The position numbers were made by a program, and so were the translations under genes. Below the pieces are notes generated by a model. That model saw nothing but the letters and a program-made list of their open reading frames with translations, was not told the DNA's origin and did no database searches. From Octopus bimaculoides (taxonomy: Eukaryota), in contig NC_068996.1 in assembly GCF_001194135.2 (NCBI RefSeq), positions 18,490,659 through 18,526,177 of the forward strand: a stretch of 35,519 nucleotides of DNA, read 5' to 3'. Shown here piece by piece: positions 10,803 through 21,977 of this stretch (position 1 is the first letter of the stretch; the number at the start of each line of letters is the position of its first letter).

Positions 10803-10980
10803 AAGACAGCGAGCCGGGCGAATTATTAGCAAGTCGACCCCAGCAACACTGGAGTCGATGTAATCGACTAACCCAGCCTCTAAAATTTCAGACCTTATAC
10901 CTTCAGTAGAGAGAATCATTATTTAGCATCAGGCAAAATGCTTAGAGGCATTTTTGTTTCGGCTTTTTACGTTCTGAATA
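10803..10980 (+). mobile_element. Family B SINE, internally deleted or scrambled copies
   Basis: Head, then 3' block GTCGATGTAATCGACT...AGTAGAGAGAATCATT, then a second 5' block CAAAATGCTTAGAGGCATTT. Confidence 0.65.
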
Positions 10981-11314
10981 AGTGGTTGACTAAGTTGCGA
11001 AAGGTTGTTTTCGGTACCTCTTTATTGGCACAACCAGAAATATATATTCCTCTTGGTCCTCGCACTCAGGACCCAATAAACCATCGTATTTGTGTGAATT
11101 AGGGAGAGACAGACAGACAGATGTCACACGCGAACGAGTGTGGTTTGGGAACTTGTACTGCGCTTTTTCTGGTTGTTTTAGGTTCCTACATAGTTTGAAG
11201 TATACACCCTCTTGACCCTACCATTTTTGATTCAACGGAACATCGTCGATGTGACAGCTAAAAGAGGTGGGGGAAGAACGCGAGGGCTGCACCAACATTC
11301 GGCTGGTACTCGTT

Positions 11315-11400
11315 CACAGCTGAGTTAACTCGAGCGATATAAAAACGAAGTGCATTGCTCTACGACGCAATCCGTTCAGCCGGTCTAGGAATCGAACTCT
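11315..11400 (-). mobile_element. Old tRNA-derived SINE fragment (CORE/V-like)
   Basis: Minus strand GAGTTCGATTCC B-box...GAGCAATGCACTTC...AACTCAGCTGTGAACGAGTACC; similar fragment at about 19680-19790 (+). Confidence 0.45.
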
Positions 11401-11548
11401 CTACATCACGCACCTTCACAATTTCCGGTATATAAGCTGTGGCTTTAAATAAAGGAAATCGAAAAGCATGCCAATATGTTTATTTACCGGAAACCCTTCA
11501 TTCACACTTCAACGATGAATGATGAGTGGTCACGTTAAATTTGATCTC

Positions 11549-11583
<35 letters not shown>

Positions 11584-12009
11584 NNNNNNNNNNNNNNNNN
11601 NNNNNNNNNNNNNNNNNNNNNNNNNNNNNNNNNNNNNNNNNNNNNNNNNNNNNNNNNNNNNNNNNNNNNNNNNNNNNNNNNNNNNNNNNNNNNNNNNNNN
11701 NNNNNNNNNNNNNNNNNNNNNNNNNNNNNNNNNNNNNNNNNNNNNNNNNNNNNNNNNNNNNNNNNNNNNNNNNNNNNNNNNNNNNNNNNNNNNNNNNNNN
11801 NNNNNNNNNNNNNNNNNNNNNNNNNNNNNNNNNNNNNNNNNNNNNNNNNNNNNNNNNNNNNNNNNNNNNNNNNNNNNNNNNNNNNNNNNNNNNNNNNNNN
11901 NNNNNNNNNNNNNGAGACACAGAGAGAGGGTAATAGAGAGTGGGGAAGACGTAAAAAGGCGTGGAAATATATACATGTGTGTATGTATGTGTTTGTATAT
12001 GTATGTATT

Positions 12010-12050
<41 letters not shown>

Positions 12051-13029
12051 ATATGTGTGTGTGTGTTAGAAAATGTTTTTGACAGTTGTTGTTAATGGTT
12101 GCTAAAAATGTTCTTCTAAAGAGTTAATACTTAAATAATTATCTGTTAATCTTTTTAAACGGTAAAACCCTTCTCTCTCTCTCCCTCTCTCCACTTCTTT
12201 TTCTCTCTCACTCTTGTACACACAGTACGTACATACATACGTAGATACTTGTGTGTGCACAAATACATACATGTTGTTATGTAACCTCAACGGTTTCATT
12301 TAACGCGTGCAAACGAGTTGTATTTCGTCTTACGATATTATCCGCGATCTATTGCGCTATAGATGTCAATAAATCGTCTTTATTAGTTTTATTTTTATTA
12401 ATATTAACTCTTTTGTGTGACTGGAATATTAGGTTTTCGGATTTTCTGATCGCTTGCAGTACATTTCTTGACGAATCTTATCCATTTTTAATCCTTGTTC
12501 CCTGTGTTCCCCCCCTTTTTTTTCTTTCGATTTTATTTTTGTATATTTTCTTATCCACGTTCACCCCTTCCTCCACACTTGTTTTTTGGTTTTTGTTGGA
12601 TTGGGTGGAAGATGAATCAGAGAAAAGGACATGGGTAGGAGGCGTGGCGATTATTACAAGTAGCTTCAAGTTGCTGGTCCCCGCATTTAAAGAAAAAAAA
12701 TCTACTTGCTTGGCTGGAAATGCACGTCACTGTTTGGCTTCATGAGATTTAAAGATACAAAAATATTTACTACCCTACCTTTACTCCACCACCACCACTT
12801 TTTAGTTACTCCACCACCACCACTTTTTAGTTCTTCTGTGCGCTCGTACACACACACACTCACACTCACACACACACGCATGCACTGCTGCACAGTTCGC
12901 TACGTGACATCATACAAAACATATGGCGAAAATCATTTTCAGCACTGAAGATTATATTTGAAGGTCTCCGAAGAAACTCTATTCCTTTCCCTTCCCTTCA
13001 GATGCTAAGAAAGAAGTGCATGCCAAGGT

Positions 13030-13257
13030 ACTGCATTGACAGAATCGCTAACGCGTCGAACGAAATGGTTGGTGGCATTTCTTCCAGCTCTTTTGAGTTC
13101 AAATCACGTTGTGGCCAACTTCGTTTTTTTTTTCTTACTTTCCGGGTTGATAAAATAAAACACTAATCTAGTACGGGAATCGATGTAATCGTCTCTTAAA
13201 ACTGCTGGTCTTATGCTTAAATGAGAAAACTTATCATCATCATCATCATCATCATCA

Positions 13258-13297
<40 letters not shown>

Positions 13298-13300
13298 TAC
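13030..13300 (+). mobile_element. Family B SINE (tRNA head, Deu/Nin-like core) with (CAT)n(ATT)n tail
   Basis: GACAGAATCGCTAAC, GAGTTCAAATC B-box, TTTCCGGGTTGATAAAATAA core, GATGTAATCG. Confidence 0.75.
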
Positions 13301-13904
13301 CACCATCGCATCATTATCGCCCCTATCTTTCTTAACAATTGCCATCACAGTAAAACATACTTATTGTCAATGCCGTCAACGGGACTGATATCATAAGCAT
13401 CAGGTTTCACTCTACCCAACTTAATTGTTTCAGTGTCTGAGCAGAAGTTAAGTAGATTTCAATTGAGGAAGCAAATAAATGGCTTGCTTTAAGCCTAGGC
13501 CTTAAAAAATTTTTTATAAGTGTTCCACTTAAATTTCTCAGCATGTCTTGACGCGAATGCTAAACGTTCAATTTTTAGTATTCCAGCATTCACAAACATA
13601 GAGAGCTATTGATTAGTGCCAATTAATATTTGCTTCTGTTTTCGTTAAGTAGTTTATAGTTGTATAATATTTATGTGATGCCTTTAGATTTTAGTCTTTT
13701 ATTTATGTATTCTATAATCTAAAGTTCTTTTAGAAGCCAAAAATCCCAGGGACGAATACTCCCCCTCTCTCTTTCCTATTAAGCAGTTATGAAAAATAAC
13801 AGCAGAATCTTTCTATTATATACATTTCCTATCTCTCCATCATAGCAGCTGTAGCTAAACAGAGACGTGATTTAAGTCAAAATAGAAGGATTAACGGAGA
13901 ATCT

Positions 13905-14290
13905 TGCCTCTCACAATATAGGAACAGTTCTCATGGCACCAGCAGACAAAATGGAAAAGGCGTTGCCCTGGAGGATGACGAGAGAGATATGCTGGAACAA
14001 ACACTCTGACTCACTGGGCTCGTACTTACTGACAGACATCTCCGCCCCAATTGCGGTGAGCAGGGATATGGTCCGGGAGTCAAGAACGCCGGTTGTCTCC
14101 AATTCCATGGGCTCGACCATAAGCCTGTCGGAGAGCGACCGATACCTTAGCAGTTTGTTTATTTCCGTCTAACGAGCAGTGGGGCCTGGGCTTGTAGCTG
14201 ACAGCACCAAGTTGCCGCTGAAGAAGGTGTCACAGCATTTGGCATCCCGTATGAGATACCGTCCGACCTTTTACCATCCTTTCGGTCTAG
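13905..14290 (-). pseudogene. RLE-endonuclease region of a non-LTR retrotransposon (CRE/NeSL-like)
   Basis: GLDRKDGKRSDG (xRxDGKRPDG) and VEPMELETTG...LFQHISLVILQGNAFSIL (QRISxAxQRGNA) motifs. Confidence 0.75.
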
Positions 14291-14292
14291 GC

Positions 14293-14587
14293 CAGGGGTT
14301 TTCAAACTGTGGTCCGCGGACCACAGGGGGTCCGCAAGGACAAGACAGGGGGTCCGTGGACAGCAAATACTTTTTATGGGCAATTTGATTTTATATATGT
14401 TTTTTAATCGAAATCTTTTAATTGACAATAAACCTATTTGTTAAATACTGTTAAATAAATAAATGTAAAAATATGTTATTTTAAGCAAATATTTATGTAT
14501 AAATTTCATAAGCGTTTATAAGAGGGTCCCTAAGGTAAAGCCTGAAATATAAAGGGGTCCGCAAGTCAAAAGGTTTCAAAACCCCTG
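14293..14587. mobile_element. hAT (Charlie-like) MITE, 295 bp, 8-bp TSD GTCTAGGC
   Basis: TIR CAGGGGTTTTCAAAC / GTTTCAAAACCCCTG; identical GTCTAGGC at 14285-14292 and 14588-14595. Confidence 0.93.
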
Positions 14588-15149
14588 GTCTAGGCCATGC
14601 TTTATCTGCACTTGTGAGATCACTATGCAGTTTTCCTAGCGTGAAAGTAAATCCAAGGTGCAGGGGACTTTTGTGTTAGGAGAGGAAGAGTAAACGTATG
14701 AAAGAAGGGGACCAGATTAAAATATTCTCCTTGTTGTAGCGGAGCTACAAGACTGCTCACATTTTAAAAGAAAGCAGTGAGTAATCATGTGGAGCTGAAA
14801 AGCGATAGAAAATATGTGGCGATGAGGTATCACGATTGGATCTTCAAAGTACAAGATTAATAAAAATGAACGGGACAGAGAGACCACGAGTTAGGGGTGG
14901 TGGTTAGGATATAACTGACAAAGAATTTAATAGTATTATTTTGAAATATACATGAATGATTTGAAATTAGTACAGCGTAAGTAAATTTCTATTTTCATTC
15001 ACTTCACATTGTTAATACATACAGGAAAATACATGGACACTACAAATCTGCTTACTATCTTATCAACTTGGTGTTGTTGAAAGATCTTATCGATCCATCC
15101 AACTTAGCTCAGATAATATTGTCTTTTTTTTTTTTTTTGGCATTCCGAC

Positions 15150-15280
15150 CTTGCTTCCCAACAACATGGTTTCGGGTTCAGTTCCACTGTACTGCATCTT
15201 TGCCATAAGTCCAACCACCAGGGCCTTATGAGTAGATTTGGTGGACGGACACTCAAGTGAGGCCGTTGTAAATTTATATA
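15150..15280 (+). mobile_element. Family A SINE, 5' half
   Basis: TTGCTTCCCAAC...GGGTTCAGTTCCACTG...GGCCTTATGAGTAGATTTGGTGGACGG. Confidence 0.75.
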
Positions 15281-15344
15281 CGGAACATACTGATGTATGT
15301 ACCAAACTCTTGGTTTGGTCCTGATATCACGTGATAGTTATGAA

Positions 15345-15510
15345 CATGCATCACCATCATTGGTCATTGGGAAATATTATTTTGTAAGGAAACGGGTGGG
15401 GGCTGGTGACAGGAAGGGTACCCGGCCGGAGAAAATCTATCACAATGAATTCCACCCGATTCATACAAGGGTGTGGTAAATTGGAAGTTACTATGATGAT
15501 GATTATTATT
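15345..15510 (+). repeat. (GAT)n-tailed retro-repeat 3' end
   Basis: GGGAAATATT...GGTGACAGGAAGGGTACCCGGCCGGAGAAAATCT...ATGATGATG; homologous to 10152-10436. Confidence 0.65.
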
Positions 15511-15714
15511 CTAGCTTCTATTTTCGCTCAAATTTTAAATAATATTTGTCTTTCCGTCGCCTCCTATCCATTCATGCAAGACCTCCTTCCTTCGGTTTTA
15601 CACAAAAGATGGCATCCACGAATCGAATCGTTTTGAGAGAATGTTGTAATGGTATTAAAACATAATCAAACAAAATTTAAGCAATTATTTATTAAAACGA
15701 GGATAATAAATACG

Positions 15715-15985
15715 TGTGTGTGTGTGTGTTTGTGTATGAATAGTCCGTGTGTGCCTGTACGTATTCTACCAAAATCATTCGTAAGTCATTGGTGGGTAGG
15801 AAACTATAGTAGAAGAAAGTTGCCCAAGCCTTCACTCGGCGAGACTGATCGCGAATAGCATGTGAACTTCTTAACCACACAGCCATCATTTACACACACA
15901 CACGTGTGTGTGTGTATATATATGTATGTGTGTGTGTGTATGTGTGTGTGTGTGTGTATGTATGTGTGTGCGTGTGTGTGTGTAT
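15715..15985. repeat. TG/CA-rich microsatellites
   Basis: Tracts at about 15715-15735 and 15890-15985. Confidence 0.85.
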
Positions 15986-16194
15986 TTATATATGGTTGGG
16001 AGGCGAGTTAGATGATATCAGCAATATAATATATATTTGGCGGGAGGGAAGTATCTTTAAAAGATGTTAACGGTGTGAAGAGCATAGATTGGGTTGTGTT
16101 TTAAGCGTACCTGCTAGTTTGTTAAACTGACAGACAGGTAATTTTATCCGTCTCGTCTCGCCAACTCTTCTGGGTGGTCGCATGGCGGGCTGTA

Positions 16195-16411
16195 GGCATC
16201 GTCGTCGTCGTCGTCGTCGTCGTAGTCGTCGTCGTCATCATTCGTTTCGTCGTTGTCGTCATTATCGACATCACGATCACCATTATCATCACTACCACCA
16301 TCACCACTATCGTCTTTTTTCATCGCCGTTGTCGTTGCTACAGCTATTGTATATGAGTGCAAAATTATTTTGCGTTTCCTGCCTCAGTTCTTCGAAACAA
16401 CAACAACAGTA

Positions 16412-16440
<29 letters not shown>
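16195..16440. repeat. Compound trinucleotide tracts (GTC)n/(CAT)n/(AAC)n/(AAT)n
   Basis: Direct observation; explains the overlapping low-complexity ORFs. Confidence 0.9.
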
Positions 16441-16444
<4 letters not shown>

Positions 16445-16648
16445 TTTCAAATTTTGGCACAAGGCCAGCAATTTCGGGAGAGGAACTTAGTCGATTACAT
16501 CGATCCCAGCGTTCAACTGGTACTTACTTGATCGGCTCCGAAGTGATGAAAGGCGAAGTCAGCTCCGACGGCATTCGAACTCAGTGCGTATAGAAAGGCG
16601 AAATGCCGCTTAGCATTTTGTCCTGCGTGCCGATGGCCTGCCGCCTTA
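16441..16648 (-). mobile_element. Family B SINE, full length, within (AAT)n on both sides
   Basis: Minus strand: AAGGCGGC head, GAGTTCGAATGCC B-box, GCCTTTCATCACTTCGGAGCCGATCAAGTAAGTACCAG core, CCTTGTGCCAAAATTTGAAAC tail. Confidence 0.88.
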
Positions 16649-16747
16649 ATAATAATGATAATAATAATAATAATAATAATAATTAGTAAATGAGTTGTCA
16701 CATCAAAGTGGTAGTTGCATGTTACTACTAGTTTAACCCCAGGCAGA

Positions 16748-16875
16748 TTCTCCGACTTTGCTTTCCATCCTTTCGGAGTCGATAAATTAAATACTGGTTG
16801 CGTACTGAGGTCGATCTAATCGACTGGCCCCCTCCCCCAAAATTTCGGGCCCTGTGCCTGGAGTAGAAAAGAATA
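16748..16875 (+). mobile_element. Family B SINE, 3' half
   Basis: GCTTTCCATCCTTTCGGAGTCGATAAATTAAATAC...TGTGCCTGGAGTAGAAAAG. Confidence 0.8.
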
Positions 16876-17009
16876 TATCGCTAGCAGGGGAAGCGAACCC
16901 CTACCAACCTCCGTCAGCTAAAGGATGAAAGGCAACTCATTTACTATTTAGTATACGTTACTAATCTATCTCTTGAGGTTTTATAACAAATTACTTTGCT
17001 AAAGGAGAT

Positions 17010-17198
17010 ATGTGGGGTGGAGGGAGACTAGTCGATTTCACCGAATCCCAGTGTTGCGCTGGCATTTAATTTATCGACCCCGAAAGGATGAAAGTTAAAG
17101 CCGACCTCGGCGGAACTTGAGCTCAGAACGTAGCGGCAAATGAAATACCTCTAAGCATTTCACCCGGTGTGCTAACGATTCTGCCAGACCGCCGCCTC
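17010..17198 (-). mobile_element. Family B SINE
   Basis: TTATCGACCCCGAAAGGATGAAAG...CTAACGATTCTGCCAGACCGCCGCC followed by (AAT)n(GAT)n. Confidence 0.88.
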
Positions 17199-17630
<432 letters not shown>

Positions 17631-17836
17631 ACTAAAGGCACAATTTTGAGGAAGAGGACTAGTCGATTACATCGACTCCAGTGCGTAACTGGTACTTAAT
17701 TTATCTGCCCTGAAAAGATGAGAAGCAAAGTCGACCTCTGCGGCATTCAAACTCAGAGCGTAAAGGCGGACGATAATAATGGTTTCAAATTTTCCCACAA
17801 GGGCAGCAATTTTGGGGAAGGAGGTATGAGTCGAAG
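17631..17836 (-). mobile_element. Two adjacent partial family B SINE copies
   Basis: 17631-17772 lacks the head; a new tail ATGGTTTCAAATTTTCCCACAAGG starts at 17779 and breaks at GAGTCGA. Confidence 0.75.
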
Positions 17837-17837
17837 A

Positions 17838-18193
17838 GATATTTGCGAGTAAAACCATCCATAGAAGAGAATATGACCAAAGACTGTGGTAGGTTATACA
17901 AAGGTGAAACATGTCACCCCCTCAAAATAAGGGTAGAGGAACATCGCAAAGCTGTGACACGAGGAGATACTGATAAATTGGGTATAGCTGATTATGTAAG
18001 GAAAAATGGAGACCCCTTCCCCCTGTGGGGTGAAGTTAAAATAATAGACAAAGAACACCACTGGAAAATACGAAAGCTAAAAGAAGCAGCATATATGGTA
18101 GGACATAATAACCTCCTAAGCAGACCAAGTGCAGATATGAATAGCATATGGGAACCGGTATTAGGGAAGGATAAGAAAATATTGGGTTTATAA
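17838..18193 (+). pseudogene. Penelope-like GIY-YIG endonuclease C-terminal fragment
   Basis: CGRLYKGETCHPLKIRVEEHRKAV...IADYV...WGEVKIIDKEHHWKIRKLKEAAYM. Confidence 0.85.
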
Positions 18194-18216
18194 GCCTTAA
18201 AACTCACTCCATAATT

Positions 18217-18282
18217 GCCCACATAGTGGTTAAGAGCGCAGGCTACTAACTCCAACATTCCGAGTTCGATTCCAGTCAGTAA

Positions 18283-18324
<42 letters not shown>
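18217..18324 (+). mobile_element. tRNA-derived Pol III head (A box TAGTGGTTAAG, B box GAGTTCGATTCC) plus (AAT)n
   Basis: tRNA-like spacing of the boxes over about 70 nt; acceptor and anticodon stems do not pair, so it is not a functional tRNA. Confidence 0.75.
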
Positions 18325-18326
<2 letters not shown>

Positions 18327-18374
18327 TCTAAAAATGCCTTACGAATGAAAACCCAGGTTCGAAATTTCCTCAAG

Positions 18375-18419
18375 ACACCTGATGAAAGCTGATAGGTATA
18401 TCAGCCGAAACGTTGTGTT
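18375..18419 (+). ncRNA. Type I minimal hammerhead ribozyme
   Basis: ACAC-CTGATGA-AA-GCTGATA(GGTA)TATCAGC-C-GAAA-CGT-T-GTGT: intact core, 7-bp stem II, palindromic ACGT stem III, 4-5 bp stem I. Confidence 0.85.
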
Positions 18420-18470
18420 AACAACTAACAAGATGAGGACAAATATTGTACAATACGAGCAATACGATGA

Positions 18471-19026
18471 AAATCCAGAGTTACTCGTGGTCGGTGAATT
18501 TTTAATAAAAATGCGAAGGTGGTTTATGACTTCAAAAATCAATATCCACCAAATAATCATACTTTCTGATATTTTTTTAATGCTAAAACCCTTCCTAACG
18601 ACTGTCTTTGTAATCCCGAAAAATGTCGTAACCATTGGCCCTGTCGTCTGGCCGTGAAGAGGGAATAGACAAAAAGACGGACATAACGCCCGTTATAGTA
18701 AGATAGCAAATCTATCAACCTACGATGAGAAATAAAGGGTTTATATCGCAAATCTAAACCCTCTAAATTCACGAACTATACGGGAGGGGAAATCCAGAGT
18801 TAATCCACGTTACCGGCATTTTAACAAAGAAACAAAAGAAAAAATCAAAGGTGATTTGTTAATACAAAACTCAATATCCACAAAATAATCATACTTTTTC
18901 ACCCCTTTTCTTTTTTTGCTAAAAATCTTCCCGATTAACTCCTTCGTAATCCCGAAAAACATCGTGACCATTGGTCCAGCCGTTTGACGGTGAAGTGAGG
19001 ACAGGCAGACGCCCATTATAGTAAGA
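18471..19026 (+). mobile_element. Two diverged tandem copies of a Helitron/DINE-like non-autonomous element
   Basis: Both start AAATCCAGAGTTA, share AATATCCACMAAATAATCATACTTT and GTAATCCCGAAAAA...CCATTGG, and end GCCCRTTATAGTAAGAT (18471-18704; 18790-19026). Confidence 0.6.
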
Positions 19027-19039
19027 TTGTTATTGTTGT

Positions 19040-19630
19040 TGTTATTTTTCTTCGGCGCCAGAGGGATAAATGGCAAAGTTGATATCTACAGGATTTGAAT
19101 TCAGAATGTAAAGAGCCGGAAGAAATGCCTGTAGGTGTTTTGTTCGACGCTCTGACGATTCTTTCTACTCGCCACCTTGGACTAAGTAATAATTCTCTCT
19201 ACTATAGACACAACGTCTTAAACTTAAAGGAAACGGGATGGAAAAATCGATTACATCCACCCCCAGTGTTCAACTGGTAGTTATTTCACCGAACCCGAAA
19301 GGATGAAAGACAAAGTCAATCCCGGCAGAATTTGAATTCAGCATAAAGACGGACGAAATGCCGCTAAGCATTTTGTTCGGAGTGTTAATGATTCTGACAG
19401 TTCGCCGTCTTTTATAACAACAACAACAACAATAATAATGCTTTCAAATTTTGGCACAAGGCCAGCAATTTGAGGAGAGGGGATAAGTCGATTACATCGA
19501 TCCCATTGCTCGGCTGGTATTTATTTTATCGATTCCGAAAGGCAAAGTCGACATTGGTAGCATTTGAACACGAAACGTAAAAAGGAGAAAATTATGCTAA
19601 GCATTTTATTAACGACACTGTCAGCTCGTC
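19040..19630 (-). mobile_element. Three head-to-tail family B SINE copies
   Basis: About 19040-19190, 19232-19412 and 19437-19630; the last two are separated by (AAC)n(AAT)n. Confidence 0.8.
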
Positions 19631-19904
19631 AATAATACAAACAGTTTTATCAAGCAGTTATGTTTTGGTGTGTGGCAGCTTAGTAGTTAAATGTGATGTT
19701 CACGCTCTTAAGGTAGTGTATGTGATTCCTAAACCATTCAGTTTTGTCCGTGAGCAACGCACTTCATTTTACGTTGCACAAATCAGATTAGAATGCCATT
19801 CACTACTAGTGCACTTGCCCCCTCTCTCCGCTTCTCTCTCCGTCGATATTCTGGTTCAGGGTGGGAGGGCTGGAAGATGACTCGTGACTGCACAAGCATC
19901 TGAA

Positions 19905-20295
19905 GCTACTTCAAGCGGGCAGAGCCGTTAGTATGCTGCACAAAATGCTCAACGTTATTCCGTCCATCTAAGTTCAAATTCCGCCGAAATTTACTATAGC
20001 TTTCATCTTTTCGAGATCGATAAAATAAGTACCAGTTGAGCTCTGGGGTGGATGTAATCGACTTACCCGCTCCTCCCTCGAAATTGCTGGCTTTGTATCC
20101 ATGCTAGAAAGAAAAGGCCGCGCGCTGGCAGAATCGTTACCTTAGCGACGTTGTCGTCTGTCTTTATGTTCTGAGTTCAAATTCTGCCGAGTTCAACTTT
20201 ACCTTTACATTTGATCCAGTCGAGCCAGTTGATGTAATCGTCCAGGCTCCTACTCCAAAATACCAGGTCTGTGCCTTATAGTAGAAAGGATTATT
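19905..20295 (+). mobile_element. Two head-to-tail family B SINE copies (second internally deleted)
   Basis: AAGTTCAAATTCCGCC and GAGTTCAAATTCTGCC B-boxes; tails ...CTAGAAAG and ...TAGTAGAAAGGATTATT. Confidence 0.8.
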
Positions 20296-20496
20296 ATAAT
20301 TGACGCAACGCGACCTGCACTCGGAATACTGCTTTAGCGAATTTCGATAAATTTATGGAGGTTCTCTTGTATCTTCCTCAAAAGCTTAAAAAGCCTGTGC
20401 AAAATTGATTCGCAGACTTTAGGCTCGCCATAATATTCTCTCGATTTTTAACGGCTTTCGCTTTGTTGCTAATAAGGCATTGATCAAAAGAACACT

Positions 20497-20497
<1 letters not shown>

Positions 20498-20542
<45 letters not shown>

Positions 20543-20567
20543 CCCTCTCTCTCTCTCTCTCTCTCTC
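20498..20567. repeat. (CT)n microsatellite
   Basis: Direct observation. Confidence 0.95.
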
Positions 20568-21782
20568 GGAGACCGACTGTCTAGCAACATAAATTAGATA
20601 TATATGTCATAAGTTATCTCTGNNNNNNNNNNNNNNNNNNNNNNNNNNNNNNNNNNNNNNNNNNNNNNNNNNNNNNNNNNNNNNNNNNNNNNNNNNNNNN
20701 NNNNNNNNNNNNNNNNNNNNNNNNNNNNNNNNNNNNNNNNNNNNNNNNNNNNNNNNNNNNNNNNNNNNNNNNNNNNNNNNNNNNNNNNNNNNNNNNNNNN
20801 NNNNNNNNNNNNNNNNNNNNNNNNNNNNNNNNNNNNNNNNNNNNNNNNNNNNNNNNNNNNNNNNNNNNNNNNNNNNNNNNNNNNNNNNNNNNNNNNNNNN
20901 NNNNNNNNNNNNNNNNNNNNNNNNNNNNNNNNNNNNNNNNNNNNNNNNNNNNNNNNNNNNNNNNNNNNNNNNNNNNNNNNNNNNNNNNNNNNNNNNNNNN
21001 NNNNNNNNNNNNNNNNNNNNNNNNNNNNNNNNNNNNNNNNNNNNNNNNNNNNNNNNNNNNNNNNNNNNNNNNNNNNNNNNNNNNNNNNNNNNNNNNNNNN
21101 NNNNNNNNNNNNNNNNNNNNNNNNNNNNNNNNNNNNNNNNNNNNNNNNNNNNNNNNNNNNNNNNNNNNNNNNNNNNNNNNNNNNNNNNNNNNNNNNNNNN
21201 NNNNNNNNNNNNNNNNNNNNNNNNNNNNNNNNNNNNNNNNNNNNNNNNNNNNNNNNNNNNNNNNNNNNNNNNNNNNNNNNNNNNNNNNNNNNNNNNNNNN
21301 NNATATATATATATATATATATAATGATCCATATTCAATTAAGGAAAGAAAATAGAAAGTTAATGGTTAATAATTATTTATTAATGAATTGATAATCATT
21401 CATTCCTACTATTGTTTCAATTTGTACTCATTCAATAAATTACAAATTTATGCAATAAATCTGCATTTATAAGTTATGAGCAAAATATCATCAGGGAAAT
21501 ATTAGACATTTAAGAATTACGTGTTGACCAATCTGTTCTTTCCAGTAGACTATTTGGAATTGTTATTATTTTTTTTAGTGTATGTGTGTGAGAGCTAACG
21601 GATATAATACCTCATTTAGAAAAATAAATTATTATAAATTTATTAATAAATAATTATGTATGTATTCATTTAGGGAAATTTATTTCCCGAAGATATACGG
21701 TATTGAACCAGTGTATTCTTGGATGTAATCATCCCTTTAAGAGGTTAATATATTTTCTAATTAACTTACGTGTGTGTGTGTG

Positions 21783-21977
21783 TGAAAAAAGAGAAAAAAA
21801 TGACTTCACTGGTAGTTCTAATCAGTTGAATTTATTATTTTGTTACATTTTTTAATAATATAGATTTTAGTTCGAACTATAATTTATATTATTAAAAAAT
21901 GTAAAAAAAAAAAAAAATGAATTAAACTGATTAGAACGACTAGTGAAGTCATTCTTTTCTTTTCTTTTTTTCTCTCA
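21783..21977. repeat. Near-perfect AT-rich palindrome (foldback)
   Basis: Arms pair almost continuously about the centre TAGTTC|GAACTA (21873/21874). Confidence 0.9.

Noticed and set aside
18217-18286. Functional tRNA gene
   Set aside because: A and B boxes are present, but the acceptor and anticodon stems do not form.
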